Both the position numbers and the translations under genes were made by a program. A stretch of 64,000 bases of DNA from contig CAWCUS010000006.1 of the NCBI GenBank assembly GCA_963798845.1, positions 1,216,001 through 1,280,000 of the forward strand. The letters are read 5' to 3'. Positions within the stretch are counted from its first letter, which is position 1, and each line of letters starts with the position of its first letter. The notes below the pieces were generated by a model. That model made no database searches, was not told the origin of the DNA, and saw only the letters and a program-made list of their open reading frames with translations. Shown here in pieces: positions 19,143-29,779 of this stretch. The DNA comes from an uncultured Gemmatimonadales bacterium. GTDB lineage: Bacteria; Gemmatimonadota; Gemmatimonadetes; Longimicrobiales; RSA9.

Positions 19143-21945
19143 TCAGTCCGTCGGCGGGGTACCCTTGAGCGCCATGGTCGCCGTGGCGCCTCCCATCTGC
19201 GGTCCCATGCTCAGCTCGGCCTTCACTGCCCGGTGTGAGGCGCGGTCCATCCAGAACGTGGACGTGGCACCGTTCTCGGGCGTGGTGGTCACCACCCATG
19301 CGTCGAACGTTCCGCCGGGCACGGTGACCTCCTCGGTTCCCGTGACCGCGACACGGACAGGGGTGGTGGCGCCGCGCATGACGTCCAGCTGGTGGACCGT
19401 CGTCGCGTACCCCGGCTCGAGAGGCATGGCGCCGATGGCGAGCTCGAGGGCGAAATCGTCGCCGTAAAGCGGCTCATCGCTCTTCACATCCACTTTCATC
19501 TGCCGGGCGCCGGCGTCGATCGAGCCGGTCACGCCGGCGTCGCCGAAGTCCAGGGTGATGGTCGCGGCACCCTGGTGGGCGTGGCGGGCGACGGGCCGCA
19601 GCGTCGTGGCATCGAGCCAGGTCGTGTCGACCGCCGAACCGGCCGGCAGGCGCGTGGTCTGGATCGCCAGCCAGGCGTCTCGCCCGTCCCACTGCCCCCG
19701 CTGCGCGTCGTGGGTGGACTCCAGGCTCATGGTCTGGCCGCCCGCGTTGACCTCGAGGGTGTAGCTGCGCGAGCCCGCGGTGACGGCCGCGGGATCGACG
19801 GTGGCGGCCACGCCCGCGTCGCCCTCGCCGGGACGTCGCACCGTGACGGTATCGACGTCCACCATGAGGCCGGCGAGGTGCTGTCGCAGCTCAGGGGACA
19901 TCTCGCTCTGATAGCGGCCGCCGAGCTGGCCGGCCAGGAACTCCTCGATCTTGGCGTTCATGGCCAGGCGGTTCATCTCGCCGGCGTAGCCGTGGCCCTC
20001 GTCCGGAGCGACCATGTACTCGACGTCGCGACCGAGGTCGCGCATGGCGACGACGATCTGGTCCGACTCGGCCTTGTTGACGCGCGGATCGTTGGCGCCC
20101 TGGATGACCAGGAGCGGGTCCTCGATCTTCTCGGCGGAGAACAGAGGCGACTGCTGCTCCAGCAGGGCGCGTCCTTCGGGGTCCTCCCAGTCGCCCATTC
20201 GGTTGCGGAAGATGGCGAGGGCCGGGGCCCAGTAGGGCGGCACGGACTTGATCAGGGTGATCAGGTTCGACGGTCCGACGATGTCCACGCCGCAGTCGTA
20301 GAGCTCGGGGGTGAAGGCGAGGCCGGCGAGGGTCGCGTAGCCGCCGTACGAGCCGCCCATGATGCAGACCCGGTCGGGGTCGGCGATCCCCTCGCCGACG
20401 AGCCAGCGCACGCCGTCGCTCAGGTCGTGCTGCATGGTGCCCGTGCCCCACTGCCTGTTTCCGAGGTTCAGCCAGCGCTTCCCGTAGCCGGTGGAGCCGC
20501 GGAAGTTCGGCTGGAGCACGACGTAGCCGCGGTTGGCGAGCCACTGGGGGTAGGCGCTGTAGCCCCATTCGTCCCGGGCCCAGGGACCGCCGTGGGGGAA
20601 GACGACGGCGGGGAGCCCGCTGGCCTCGACGCCCTTCGGCACCGTGAGGTACGCCGGCACCTCCTCGCCGTCGCGGGCGGGATAGCGGACCGGCTTCATC
20701 TGGGCCAGGTACTCCGTGGGGAGATCGGGCCGCGGCCGGTACAGGAGCTGGAGGTCGCCCGAGCGGGTGTCGTACAGGTACGTGGCCCCGGGATCGACGT
20801 CCGAGGTGACGGTGACGATGACCTTCGACTCGTCCTCGGTCGTGGAGCCCAGGTAGATGTCGCCGCGCGGGAGCTCCTGCTCGAGGTGCTGGTAGTGGCG
20901 GGCGAACTCGGCGTCCTTCGGGTAGGTGCGGAGCCGGTCGCCCACGTAGTAGGTGGCGACGAGGTCGTCCGTGGCATCACTGAAGTCCGCGCCGCCGAAG
21001 TCCACCTGGCCCTCCGGGTCGCTCTCGACGAGCTCGGTCTGCTGCGTGGCCGGGTCGAAGAGGACGAGACGGGTCAGATCGGCGTCGCCCTTGTTGGTGA
21101 TCATGTAGACGCGCTTGCCGTCCTTGTGGAAGCGCAACGGGCCGCACTCCTCCTCGAAGCTGCAGGAGTAGACCTCGGTCAGCTTGCCACCGTCGTCGAC
21201 GCGCAGGATGTGGGTGTCGCCCTGGTCGTCCACGCGCACGCCGAGCCGGAGGTTGCCGTCGAGATCCGCCTGCCAGCCCGCGATCTTCTGGTCGTTCCTG
21301 AACACGAGCTCGCGCTCGCCGGTGTCGATGTCCACCCGGTACACGTCGTGGTACGACGGGTCACGGTCGTTGAGGCCCATCAGGATCTCGTCCGGGGTGG
21401 ATTCCGGCATGGCTATGAGGACGGCCCGGACGCCGGAGTACGGCGTCAGGTCGCGCGCCGCGGGAACGCCGGTGCCGGCTTCGGCCGGGGCGGCGGGGTC
21501 CACCGCATACGCGTGGAAGTTCTCGTCTCCCCCCTTGTCCTGGACGTAGAGGACGTAGCGGCTGTCCTGCGTCCAGCCGTACCCGGTGACCGGTCGGGTG
21601 GTGTCGGCGGTGATGGGCCGGGCGGCGTCGAACGGCTCGTCCACGCCCTTGACCCGAGATGTTCATCACGTCACGGTACGGCTTGCGGAACGTGATCCAG
21701 CGGCCGTCCGGCGATATCTGCGCCCCCGAGATCTCCGGGTCGCCGAAGAAGACGTCGCGGTCGATGAGCGGCGGCAGCTCCGCGAGGTAGGCCGCGGAGG
21801 CCGCCGGCGCGCCTGGAGCCGCCGGGGCGGCAGCAGGGGCTGGGGCCGCGGGGGCTGGAGGCGAGGCCCGGTCGGCGGTGCGCGGTGCGCTGGAGCACGC
21901 GGCAGCGAGCAGGGCGACGAAGAAGCAGCGAGCGAGCCGGATCAT
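19143..21945 (-). CDS. S9 family (dipeptidyl/acylaminoacyl) peptidase lipoprotein with C-terminal extension, +1 frameshift near 21656
   Basis: AAAC lipobox, ISPDG propeller, HGGPW, GGSYGG, GANDPRV, DEGHG; removing one base gives VMNIWVKG. Confidence 0.9.
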
Positions 21946-22174
21946 GGGGGTGGTCTCCGGTTGACGGTGGACCCGGGGGGATGCGCTCCGGGAATGTGGG
22001 CCGGGGGTGGTCGTCCGGACAAGGCCAGCGCCAGGCGGCCGGCCGTCGAGCCGGTTGTGCCCCGTTGGATTCGCGCGGGCTCGCGGAGGCGAGCGCCGTC
22101 GGGTGGGCGAGCGACGGCCCCGGCGCGTGCTGTGCCCCGGGGCCGTCGCCCTGCCAGCTGCGGTCGCCTCCGCG

Positions 22175-23578
22175 TCAGGCGATCTGCGGCGAGCGCGGGC
22201 GGACCCGGCGCAGCCGCTTCTCCGCCGCCGCTTCCGCCTCGAGGCGTTGCGCCAGGGTGTCGACGGCGGTGAGGGAGCGGATCATCTCGCCGGCCCAGTC
22301 GGGCGCAGGATCCGGCAGCGGCGGCCGCTTGCCGATTTCCTTCTGGACCGCCTTCAGCCGCTGCGTCAACGCCTCCACGATCTCCGCGAGCGACGGCGCC
22401 CGGGTCAGGTGGATGAAGGCGCCGCAGCCGATGGGCGAATCGGCGTACTGTGGGTCGTCGATGGCGGCCGTATCGTACGCGTCCGAATAGTCGAACGCTT
22501 CCCGAACGCTGATCCGCCCGTTGCCGTTGGCATCGGGGTCGTGGCCGAGGGTGCTGCCATACGCCGTGGCGCCATTCACGCTCTCGAACCACGCGAGCGC
22601 CCAGGGGTCGAAATGGGTCGCGCCGGCGCTCACCTTGTCGGCGGGGACGGCGCTCGCGAACGAGGTCCGGGAAGCCTGGCTGTTGTCGAGCGTCGGCTGG
22701 CTGAAGGCGCCCGAGTAGCACTGCTCCATCGTCACCACGAGCGCGCCGAAGGCCTTCATCCCCGCGAGCATGCTGCCCCACTCCATCGGCGTGACGACGC
22801 TCGAGTTGTCGATGCAGAGGCCGCTCGGCGAGCCGTGATTGTTCGTGTGCACGAACAGGAGGCTGTCGCCGTCCATCTGGTTGCTCAGCGTGCTCAGCGT
22901 CGACTGCAGGTTGGCCTTCGTCGCCGCCCCGTCCACCTGCATCTGGTACGCCGTCCCATCTCCGGCCCAGGTGGCCATGCCGGCAGCCGTGGCATCCGTC
23001 GCCCCAATGCTCCCGTCGTAGCAGAGCACGCGGATGTGGGATGCCGGGAACCCGAAGCGATGCCGGAGGATCCGGTAGGCGAATTCGAGATCCTCGACGT
23101 GGCGGCGGTTGCTGATCTGGCTGGTGAAGAGCAGCGCGTAGCGGTTGTCATCGACGAACCACGGCAACGGCCGGATCTTCGCCCAGTCGATCCTCCCGTA
23201 GACCGTCGGGCGTGTGAACGTCGCCGTCCGCGGCGCATGGAATTCCTCCCGAACCGCGTCCGGATCCGACACCTCGGGCGGGAACATCGCCTCGTGCACG
23301 GCGATCAACCTGCCGTCCGTCGGCGAATGGAACTCGTAGCGGCACGGGTGCCCGAAATTCGCCTCGGGCATCTCGTCCACGAACACGAGGACCAATGTGG
23401 CCGGGACCCGGATCTGTCGGTCGACCAGCCGCAGCACGTGCCCTTCCGGGTATATGCGCTGGACGACGCTGAGGTGGGTCGACGCGGCTGTCCGCTCCGT
23501 CAGGGTCGCGAACGCGCGCGCACGGATCCGGTCGAGAACGGCCTTGTGCGGCAGCTGGCGGGCGTCTTCGGGTGGCAT
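22175..23578 (-). CDS. Clan CD cysteine peptidase (C13/legumain-caspase-like)
   Basis: His-Cys dyad context FVHTNNHG and [18 protein letters not shown]-hand-like loop; ends with a D..QY motif. Confidence 0.78.
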   Translation of the reverse strand: MPPEDARQLPHKAVLDRIRARAFATLTERTAASTHLSVVQRIYPEGHVLRLVDRQIRVPATLVLVFVDEMPEANFGHPCRYEFHSPTDGRLIAVHEAMFPPEVSDPDAVREEFHAPRTATFTRPTVYGRIDWAKIRPLPWFVDDNRYALLFTSQISNRRHVEDLEFAYRILRHRFGFPASHIRVLCYDGSIGATDATAAGMATWAGDGTAYQMQVDGAATKANLQSTLSTLSNQMDGDSLLFVHTNNHGSPSGLCIDNSSVVTPMEWGSMLAGMKAFGALVVTMEQCYSGAFSQPTLDNSQASRTSFASAVPADKVSAGATHFDPWALAWFESVNGATAYGSTLGHDPDANGNGRISVREAFDYSDAYDTAAIDDPQYADSPIGCGAFIHLTRAPSLAEIVEALTQRLKAVQKEIGKRPPLPDPAPDWAGEMIRSLTAVDTLAQRLEAEAAAEKRLRRVRPRSPQIA

Positions 23579-23603
23579 GAAGTCTCCTCGGGTGGAAGGG
23601 CGA

Positions 23604-23954
23604 TCATTCGTGACGGATCAGGTCCGCGCGCCCATCGGGGTCGCTCACCACCACCCAGCTGTCCGGAAGGAACCCGAACACGGGCGGGCGGTCGGCGTCC
23701 GCACGCGTCACCACGGTCCGCGTGGTGGCATCGACGAGCGCGTATGCGGCAGGGTGCATCCAGTTCGCCCCGGGCATGTCATCCCGGAAGACGAGAACGG
23801 TGGCGTGATCGGTGGCTACGGTTCGAGTGCCGACCTCGACCGTGCCCGGCGGGCGCAGCGCGCGATCAGCATAGACCACACTACCGGGGAGGGCTTCGAG
23901 GGCATTCTTCGCCAGGGACCGGACGGTCTCGATATCGAGCGAAGGCGTGGTCAT
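23604..23954 (-). CDS. Small protein homologous to the N-terminal domain of the downstream protease
   Basis: VLVFRDDMPGANWMHPAAY vs [19 protein letters not shown]. Confidence 0.75.
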   Translation of the reverse strand: MTTPSLDIETVRSLAKNALEALPGSVVYADRALRPPGTVEVGTRTVATDHATVLVFRDDMPGANWMHPAAYALVDATTRTVVTRADADRPPVFGFLPDSWVVVSDPDGRADLIRHE

Positions 23955-24011
23955 CTGCACCGCGGCATGGTCCCGACCACGTACATGAGCCGGACCGGTC
24001 GCCGTTCTGGG

Positions 24012-24052
24012 GGTGATTAAAGATACAATTTTGTGGGAAATAAGATCAAGAG
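24012..24052. promoter_or_regulatory. AT-rich divergent promoter region
   Basis: TGATTAAAGATACAATTTTGTGGGAAATAAGATCAAG in a very GC-rich background, between divergent operons. Confidence 0.5.
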
Positions 24053-24097
24053 TCGTCCGGACTTGCTCGCCGCGCCACGGCCGCCCATCGTCCCGCC

Positions 24098-24265
24098 ATG
24101 GAATTCCTCAACTTCGTGATCATCCTGACGGCGGGGTGGCTGGTCTGGCGGCGGCCGGAGCGGGAGCGACTGGCGTTCGGACTGCTGGTGCTCAGCTTCC
24201 TCCTCATGGCCGCCATCTTCCTGATCGGCACGCACACGTCGCTGGTTCCCGGGGTGAACCTGTGA
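24098..24265 (+). CDS. dba: Dba-like DsbI accessory membrane protein (55 aa; absent from the ORF track)
   Basis: MEFLNFVIILTAGWLVWRRPERERLAFGLL...GTHTSLVPGVNL; resembles Campylobacter Dba; stop overlaps the dsbI start. Confidence 0.72.
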   Translation: MEFLNFVIILTAGWLVWRRPERERLAFGLLVLSFLLMAAIFLIGTHTSLVPGVNL

Positions 24266-25755
24266 CGGCGGGGCCGGCGGGGGTGCTGACGGACGCGCGT
24301 CTGCGCGCGGTGCTGTCGTGGCTGGTGATCGCGCTCCTGGTCGTGCCGGTGGGTGGCGCGCTCTGGCTCGGCTTCGTGCACGGCGAGTCACCGTGCATCC
24401 TGTGCTGGGCGCAACGCACGTCCATGCTGCTGATGGCGCTGGTGGGTGTGTTCGTGATCCGTTACGGGCCGCGCCCGCGCTACCTGGGGATGCTGGTGCT
24501 GCTCGGCGCGTGGGGTGCGTTCATGGCGCTGCGCCATTCCGCGCTGCACCTGGCCCGGGACGTGGGGCAGGGCTTCGCGGGCAACGTCCTGGGCGCGCAC
24601 ACGTACGTCTGGGCGGGCGTGATCCACTGGGTGGTGCTGGTGGTTGCGGGCGTGCTGCTGCTGCTGTTCCGCGGGCCACTCCAGGGGAACCCGGAGCTGA
24701 AGCCGGGGCGCGTCGGCAGCTTCGCCATGGGGCTGCTCGTCGTGCTCACGGCGGCGAACGCGGTGCAGGCGTTCGCGTCCACGGGCCCGCCGCCGTTCTT
24801 CGGGCAGGGCGATCCGATCCGCCTGTCGTGGAACCCGCGCCACTGGGTCTGGTCGCGGGAGGAGGCGACGGGGGCGATCTCCTGGCGCGGATCCTGGACG
24901 ATCGCGGCGCCGGACCCGGCGGGCGCCGGCGTGGATCCGGACCCGGCCAACGGGCCACTGGTGGACCTGCCCTCGCTGGAGATCGTGCGTTGGGAGCGGG
25001 TCGGGGCTAGGCTGGACGGAAGGCTGACGGGGCTGGCGACGTCGCCGGCGGGCGGCCCCGTGCTGGCGGTGACGGACCGGTTCGGCGTGTACTGGCTGGA
25101 TCCCACGCTGTCGCGGGTGCTGCACCGGGTGGTGCTGGACCCCGGCTTCAGCATCGACCTGACGCCGCTCGTCGGCGCCGCGCTCCTGGGCGACACGGCG
25201 GCGGTGCTGTCGCGGAACAAGAGCTACGTGCTGCTGCGGCCCGACTCCGCGGCGGACGCCGACCTGGAGTGGCGCCACTTCCTGGAGACGGACGGGGGAG
25301 TGAGCGAGCTGCGCCGCTCCCGCTTCGCGACCGTGCGCGCGCGCCAGATGTACGCGCTGTCGCTGGCGTACGACCCGGCGGCGGACGAGCTGATCACGGT
25401 CGGCATCCCCTCGCCGCGACACCGGCAGCTGGTCGTGTCCCGCTTCGCGCGCGCGGACATGGTCCTCGCTTCGGAGTTCATTCCCGCCCTCGCGCCCCGG
25501 CTGGCGCTCGCGGGGAAGGAGCGGACGCTGGCGGACTACGTGGTGACGGGCGCCGCCGTCGCCGGGGGCCGGCTGTACGCGCTCAGCGCCGCGTACTCCA
25601 CGCTGCTGGTCATCGACCTGGCGACGAAGCAGGTGACCGCGGCTTACGCGCTGCCGGGGATCGAGCAGCCGGTGGCGGTCGCAGTGCGTGGTGGCGAGTT
25701 GCTGGTGCCGCAATCGGACGGGCGAGTGGCCGTCGTGGAGAGCCCCGCGCCCTGA
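24262..25755 (+). CDS. dsbI: DsbI-type disulfide bond formation protein (DsbB domain + C-terminal beta-propeller-like domain)
   Basis: ESPCILCWAQR in a TM region; GQGF, TGPPPFFGQGDP; long periplasmic C-terminus. Confidence 0.8.
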   Translation: MTAGPAGVLTDARLRAVLSWLVIALLVVPVGGALWLGFVHGESPCILCWAQRTSMLLMALVGVFVIRYGPRPRYLGMLVLLGAWGAFMALRHSALHLARDVGQGFAGNVLGAHTYVWAGVIHWVVLVVAGVLLLLFRGPLQGNPELKPGRVGSFAMGLLVVLTAANAVQAFASTGPPPFFGQGDPIRLSWNPRHWVWSREEATGAISWRGSWTIAAPDPAGAGVDPDPANGPLVDLPSLEIVRWERVGARLDGRLTGLATSPAGGPVLAVTDRFGVYWLDPTLSRVLHRVVLDPGFSIDLTPLVGAALLGDTAAVLSRNKSYVLLRPDSAADADLEWRHFLETDGGVSELRRSRFATVRARQMYALSLAYDPAADELITVGIPSPRHRQLVVSRFARADMVLASEFIPALAPRLALAGKERTLADYVVTGAAVAGGRLYALSAAYSTLLVIDLATKQVTAAYALPGIEQPVAVAVRGGELLVPQSDGRVAVVESPAP

Positions 25756-25765
25756 CGCCGGCGGC

Positions 25766-26467
25766 TCAGCCGTCCGACGGGACGCTGGCGCGGGCGGCTT
25801 CGATGGCGCGGCCCATGGCGATCCCTGCGGCGGCCGCGGCGGCCGTGAGCGAGATGAGGGCGACGGTGACCATGGTGGCGCTCGCCGCCGCCCCCGGCGC
25901 GCCGACGCGCCGGCCGACCTGGTCCTGCAGCACGTCGACGACGAGGAACGTCGCGCCGGCGGCCGCGCCACCCTTCCACGCGAGCACCTTCCCGAGCGCT
26001 CGATCCCGCAGCCCGCGTCCCAGGGAGAGGCCGAGCACGGCCACGACGGCGAAGGTGGTCGGGGCGAACAGCAGCGTGAAGAGGACGTGGATCTTGAAAT
26101 GGGCAGCCGTCGCGGCGCTGAGGGCCAGCGGCTCGCTGATGCCGAGGATGACGGCGGCCGCCACGGCCGGGAGCGCGTAGCCGAGGGCCCCCGCGCGGGC
26201 GCAGAGCCGGAGATCGCCGCCGGCGCGCCGGCCCACGTAGCGACCGAACCCGGCTCCGCCAATGCTCGCGCCCGCCAGTATGATCAGGGCGGCCAGAACG
26301 TAGTCGGCACTTGAGGAATGGAGGCTGGTGAGGCCGGCGAGGAACGCGATCCCGAACGGGAGGGCGAGACCGACCAGGACGAGCCAGAACGCGCCGGCAA
26401 TGGCGTCGCCCGGGGCGCCGGCGCGGGCGGGGACGGCGACGGCTGCGGGTGTGGGGGCAGAGGACAT
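25766..26467 (-). CDS. Hypothetical multi-pass membrane protein
   Basis: About 6 hydrophobic helices. Confidence 0.65.
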   Translation of the reverse strand: MSSAPTPAAVAVPARAGAPGDAIAGAFWLVLVGLALPFGIAFLAGLTSLHSSSADYVLAALIILAGASIGGAGFGRYVGRRAGGDLRLCARAGALGYALPAVAAAVILGISEPLALSAATAAHFKIHVLFTLLFAPTTFAVVAVLGLSLGRGLRDRALGKVLAWKGGAAAGATFLVVDVLQDQVGRRVGAPGAAASATMVTVALISLTAAAAAAGIAMGRAIEAARASVPSDG

Positions 26468-26741
26468 GGTGGGCCCGTCGAACGGGGGACGTTGGCGGCG
26501 GAAAGCACGACACCGCGTCGCACAAGATCGCCGCCGCGGGCTGTGGGAACAACGATCTCGCCGGCAGCGCGCTCCGTCGGCCCCGCGCTTTCCGGGGGGG
26601 CGGCGGGCGAGGGCGTTGCGGATGGAGGGCACAGGCGAGAAGCTGCTTCCGGCACCGGTGTGAACGGAGCCGGCCGCGGCGTGGGGATGGCGCCCGCCTC
26701 GGGCGCCCGCGGACACACTTCACTTCAACGCGGAGCCTGTG

Positions 26742-26948
26742 ATGGACGAAGAACGCTTCAACATGGACCTGCGGAAATTCCTCAAGACCTTCGGTGTGAC
26801 GGCCCAGCGGGAGATCGAGCGGGCGGTCCAGGCGGGGCTGGACGCAGGGCGCCTGAAGGGCGATGAGACGCTGGCCGTGCGCGCCGTGCTCACCATCGAC
26901 GGCGTGCTGGACGAGCACGTGGTGAACGGCGACATCGCGCTGGAATAG
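26742..26948 (+). CDS. DUF6494 family protein
   Basis: MDEERFNMDLRKFLKTFGVTAQREIE. Confidence 0.75.
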   Translation: MDEERFNMDLRKFLKTFGVTAQREIERAVQAGLDAGRLKGDETLAVRAVLTIDGVLDEHVVNGDIALE

Positions 26949-26995
26949 CTGCGTCGAGCGTCACGCATCCGGCGCGCCCGCCGGCTGCCGGGGCG

Positions 26996-27829
26996 TCATT
27001 CCTGGCGCAGCGAAACCTGGATCCCCGCCCCGATGGACCACTGGTTGAGCCGGAGGTCGCGGGGCGCGCCGTCCGGCACCACGTCGGTCTGCCATTGCAG
27101 GCTGGGGAAGTAGCGGACCGTGTACGCCGTCTCGACGAAGAGGGACATGGCGCCGACCTCGAGGGCCTGGCCGAAAGCGGCGCCCGCAAGGAAGGCTTCC
27201 GCGCTCCCGGCGACACGGGCGCCGTCGCCCGTGATGACCTGGAGCCCCTGGGTCTTCATGTAGCCGGCGCGCAGCCCCCCGTACGTTCCCGTCGGCTCGA
27301 AGGTGGCGTAGAGCGAGGCGGCCGGAAGGTCGCGGACCGAGCCGCGCAGGTCGAGCGTCGAGTCGCGCAGCGCGAGACCCACGACCTGGCCGTAGCCCAG
27401 CCCCATCTCGAACGTCCAGATCGTCCGCAGCGGCGGCCCGGGCGGTGGCACGATCTTCACGTCGTACGTGTAGACCGTGTCCGCCTCGCCGCCGGAGCGG
27501 CGGATCTCCACGCCTTTCCACACCAGCTGGGCCGTGTCCTTCGCGGGCGGCCTCGCCGCTCCGGGGATCGCGCGCTGGACCTGGCCGATCTGGAAGAGGA
27601 GCTCCACGCCGTACGCGTACAGCGCGTCATCCGTCAGCTGCTTCGAGGCGGGCAGGAGCCGACCGGTAGCGCCGTAGAAGCTCACGTCCGTGACGTTGCG
27701 GAGAAACGCTTCCACCGGCCCGAACTGGGCCTGAGCGCGGCCGTGGCAGAAGGCGAGGGCGACGACCGCTACGCCCAGCGCCCTGACGGCTCGCGGCTTC
27801 CCGTGGCGTACCCGTCCCCCGGCCGCCAC
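26996..27829 (-). CDS. Hypothetical secreted, outer-membrane beta-barrel-like protein
   Basis: Signal peptide ending AQAQ; alternating amphipathic strands; C-terminal WSIGAGIQVSL; start uncertain. Confidence 0.6.
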   Translation of the reverse strand: MAAGGRVRHGKPRAVRALGVAVVALAFCHGRAQAQFGPVEAFLRNVTDVSFYGATGRLLPASKQLTDDALYAYGVELLFQIGQVQRAIPGAARPPAKDTAQLVWKGVEIRRSGGEADTVYTYDVKIVPPPGPPLRTIWTFEMGLGYGQVVGLALRDSTLDLRGSVRDLPAASLYATFEPTGTYGGLRAGYMKTQGLQVITGDGARVAGSAEAFLAGAAFGQALEVGAMSLFVETAYTVRYFPSLQWQTDVVPDGAPRDLRLNQWSIGAGIQVSLRQE

Positions 27830-27859
27830 ATTGCACACGAGTCCGCTCGAGTCCCACGC

Positions 27860-27875
27860 TGGCACGACATCCGCA
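27860..27875 (+). promoter_or_regulatory. Candidate sigma-54 (-24/-12) promoter
   Basis: TGGCACGACATCCGCA: GG-N10-GC, about 45 bp upstream of the 27918 start. Confidence 0.5.
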
Positions 27876-27917
27876 TCCAGCGGACACGGACGATCCCTGA
27901 ATCCGGAGGAAACCGTG

Positions 27918-28283
27918 ATGGCACGCAAATGGAGTCTGCTCCCGGTGCTGGTGCTGGCGCTGCTCAGCTTCGGCTGCTTCGGGCTGCTGTCCGGTGGAGG
28001 CGAGAAGGGGCAGACGTCGTTCATCGTGTACAACGACGTGCAGCCGGCTGCCACGGTGACCGTGGTCCTTCGTCGGGGTGACAAGGACGTGGCCACGCTC
28101 GGCACCGTCCCCGCGGGGGAGGAGCGGACGCTCACGTACGCCACGTCCAAACTGGACGACAGCTTCCGCCTGGTGGCGCAGCAGACGAGCGGCGCCTCCA
28201 GCGTGTCGCGGCAGTTCTCGCTCTTCGACGGGGCCCAGGTGCGGTGGCAGATCCGGGTCAACAACCTGTCGGTGTTCCAGTAG
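27918..28283 (+). CDS. Hypothetical lipoprotein
   Basis: GGAGG RBS; LSFGC lipobox-like. Confidence 0.7.
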   Translation: MARKWSLLPVLVLALLSFGCFGLLSGGGEKGQTSFIVYNDVQPAATVTVVLRRGDKDVATLGTVPAGEERTLTYATSKLDDSFRLVAQQTSGASSVSRQFSLFDGAQVRWQIRVNNLSVFQ

Positions 28284-28382
28284 TCGCCGAGCGGACGGCG
28301 CGGCGGCTCCCGGGGGCATGGCGCCGTATGGGCCGGGCAGCCCGGGAGCCCCGCACGCGTCTGGCCTCGCGGCTCGCCCGCG

Positions 28383-29019
28383 TCAGGCGCCGTTCGCGGG
28401 CTTGAAGTTGGCGCAGGTCACCGCCGCGTTCCACGGCATGAACATGCCGGCCGGGTTGTCCCTGTAGAGCCAGAAATGCAGCTCGTAATGGGGCATGAAC
28501 CCGTGGGCCTCGTCCACCGCCGTCTCCGGGTTGTCCTGCATGTAGTAGTACTGATTGCCGTGGAAGGACGGCGGCGCGTCGTGCCCCGCATCCTTCCACG
28601 CCTTGGCCCACACCAGGTTCTCGATTCCCACCAGCACCATGGAGCCGTCGGCCTGCGGCTCGTAGATCAGGATCGCCGGCTTGGTGAAGTCGGTGTGGGT
28701 CCCGTTGCCGTCCACGCGCGGCTGGTCGCCGGTGATCCCGAGCAGGTCGGGCCGGACGTAGTGCACGCCCATCGCCCCGAGCTGGGACGGCTGCCCTTCC
28801 ATGACGGACGTCACGCACATGTGCAGCGGATCGACGTATCCGTCCGCGACCGCGGCGTCGTAGTCCTGGTACCTGGCGGTGGCCGCGCGGATGGCGGCGA
28901 GATCCGAATGGAGCAACCGAGCCGGGCGAGGGCGCCGCTGCGCCCTGGGCGGTCAGCCCGGGCGCCAGCACGGCGAAGCCGACGAGGGTGAGCACTGCGG
29001 GTAGGGGGAACTGCTGCAT
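28383..29019 (-). CDS. Secreted His-motif hypothetical protein (+1 frameshift near 28915)
   Basis: Signal peptide in one frame; AATARY, AMGVHY, PAILIYEP, HYELHFWLY..NP.G.F..N...C in the next. Confidence 0.7.
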
Positions 29020-29267
29020 GATGACCTCCGTGAAAGGGGGATTCTGCCCGCGCCGGAGGCGGGCTCGAATCGAGCGATCCGGACGGATCGCCCGAACGGC
29101 GACGACTGAAGCACCGGAGGAACGCCGCACTGCGTGCCACGGGGGTGCAGTCGGCGCGGAGCACTAGATATGGGGGCGGGGTCGCGGGCGCAAGGATGCC
29201 GTGTGCGCCCCGGCCGGCGCCGCGTCTCGGCATGGCGGCCCGCGAGGTCCGGCGAGCCGGTGCACCG

Positions 29268-29603
29268 TCAGCCGCCGGCCAGAGCCATTCCCGGGGCGCG
29301 GTAGGACGGCGTCTTCTTGGCCGCCTCGTCCATCTGCTCGACCGTGAGCAGCACCGTGGTCTTCACTTCGACCAGGCCGCTGGCGTTGGTGATCAGGGAA
29401 GTGGCCGCGGCGCTCACCGCGTCCGGCATCTCCGCGATCACGAAGATGTCCGTGTCGCCGAAGGCATAATAGACGCTGTCCAGCCTCCCGCCGAGCGACT
29501 TCACGAGCCGGTCGATCGCGTTCCTCCGGCCCGTCCCCCCTTCCGACATGAGGCCGCGCACGCCTTCGCCCACGTACTTCGCCTGGATCATGTACATCGG
29601 CAC
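29268..29603 (-). CDS. GYD domain-containing protein
   Basis: Y..EG..GL...G..R...LGG.L...YYAFGDTD....E.PD. Confidence 0.85.
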   Translation of the reverse strand: MPMYMIQAKYVGEGVRGLMSEGGTGRRNAIDRLVKSLGGRLDSVYYAFGDTDIFVIAEMPDAVSAAATSLITNASGLVEVKTTVLLTVEQMDEAAKKTPSYRAPGMALAGG

Positions 29604-29779
29604 AATGGCACTCTCCGCTGGGGTGGTCGTATCAGACGACGACGGCCGCACCCCCGATGACTCGGAGCGTGCGGCCGCCAGGCCGTCAGCGATCCACCAA
29701 CTCTCCGACCACGGGCGCGCGGCGCAAGCATCTCGTGGCTGGCCGACTCCCGGAGCAGGCGCGCCGGAGCGCCAGCGCG

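Noticed and set aside
29122..29140. Minus-strand sigma-54 promoter TGGCACGCAGTGC
   Set aside because: GG-to-GC spacing is 8, not 10
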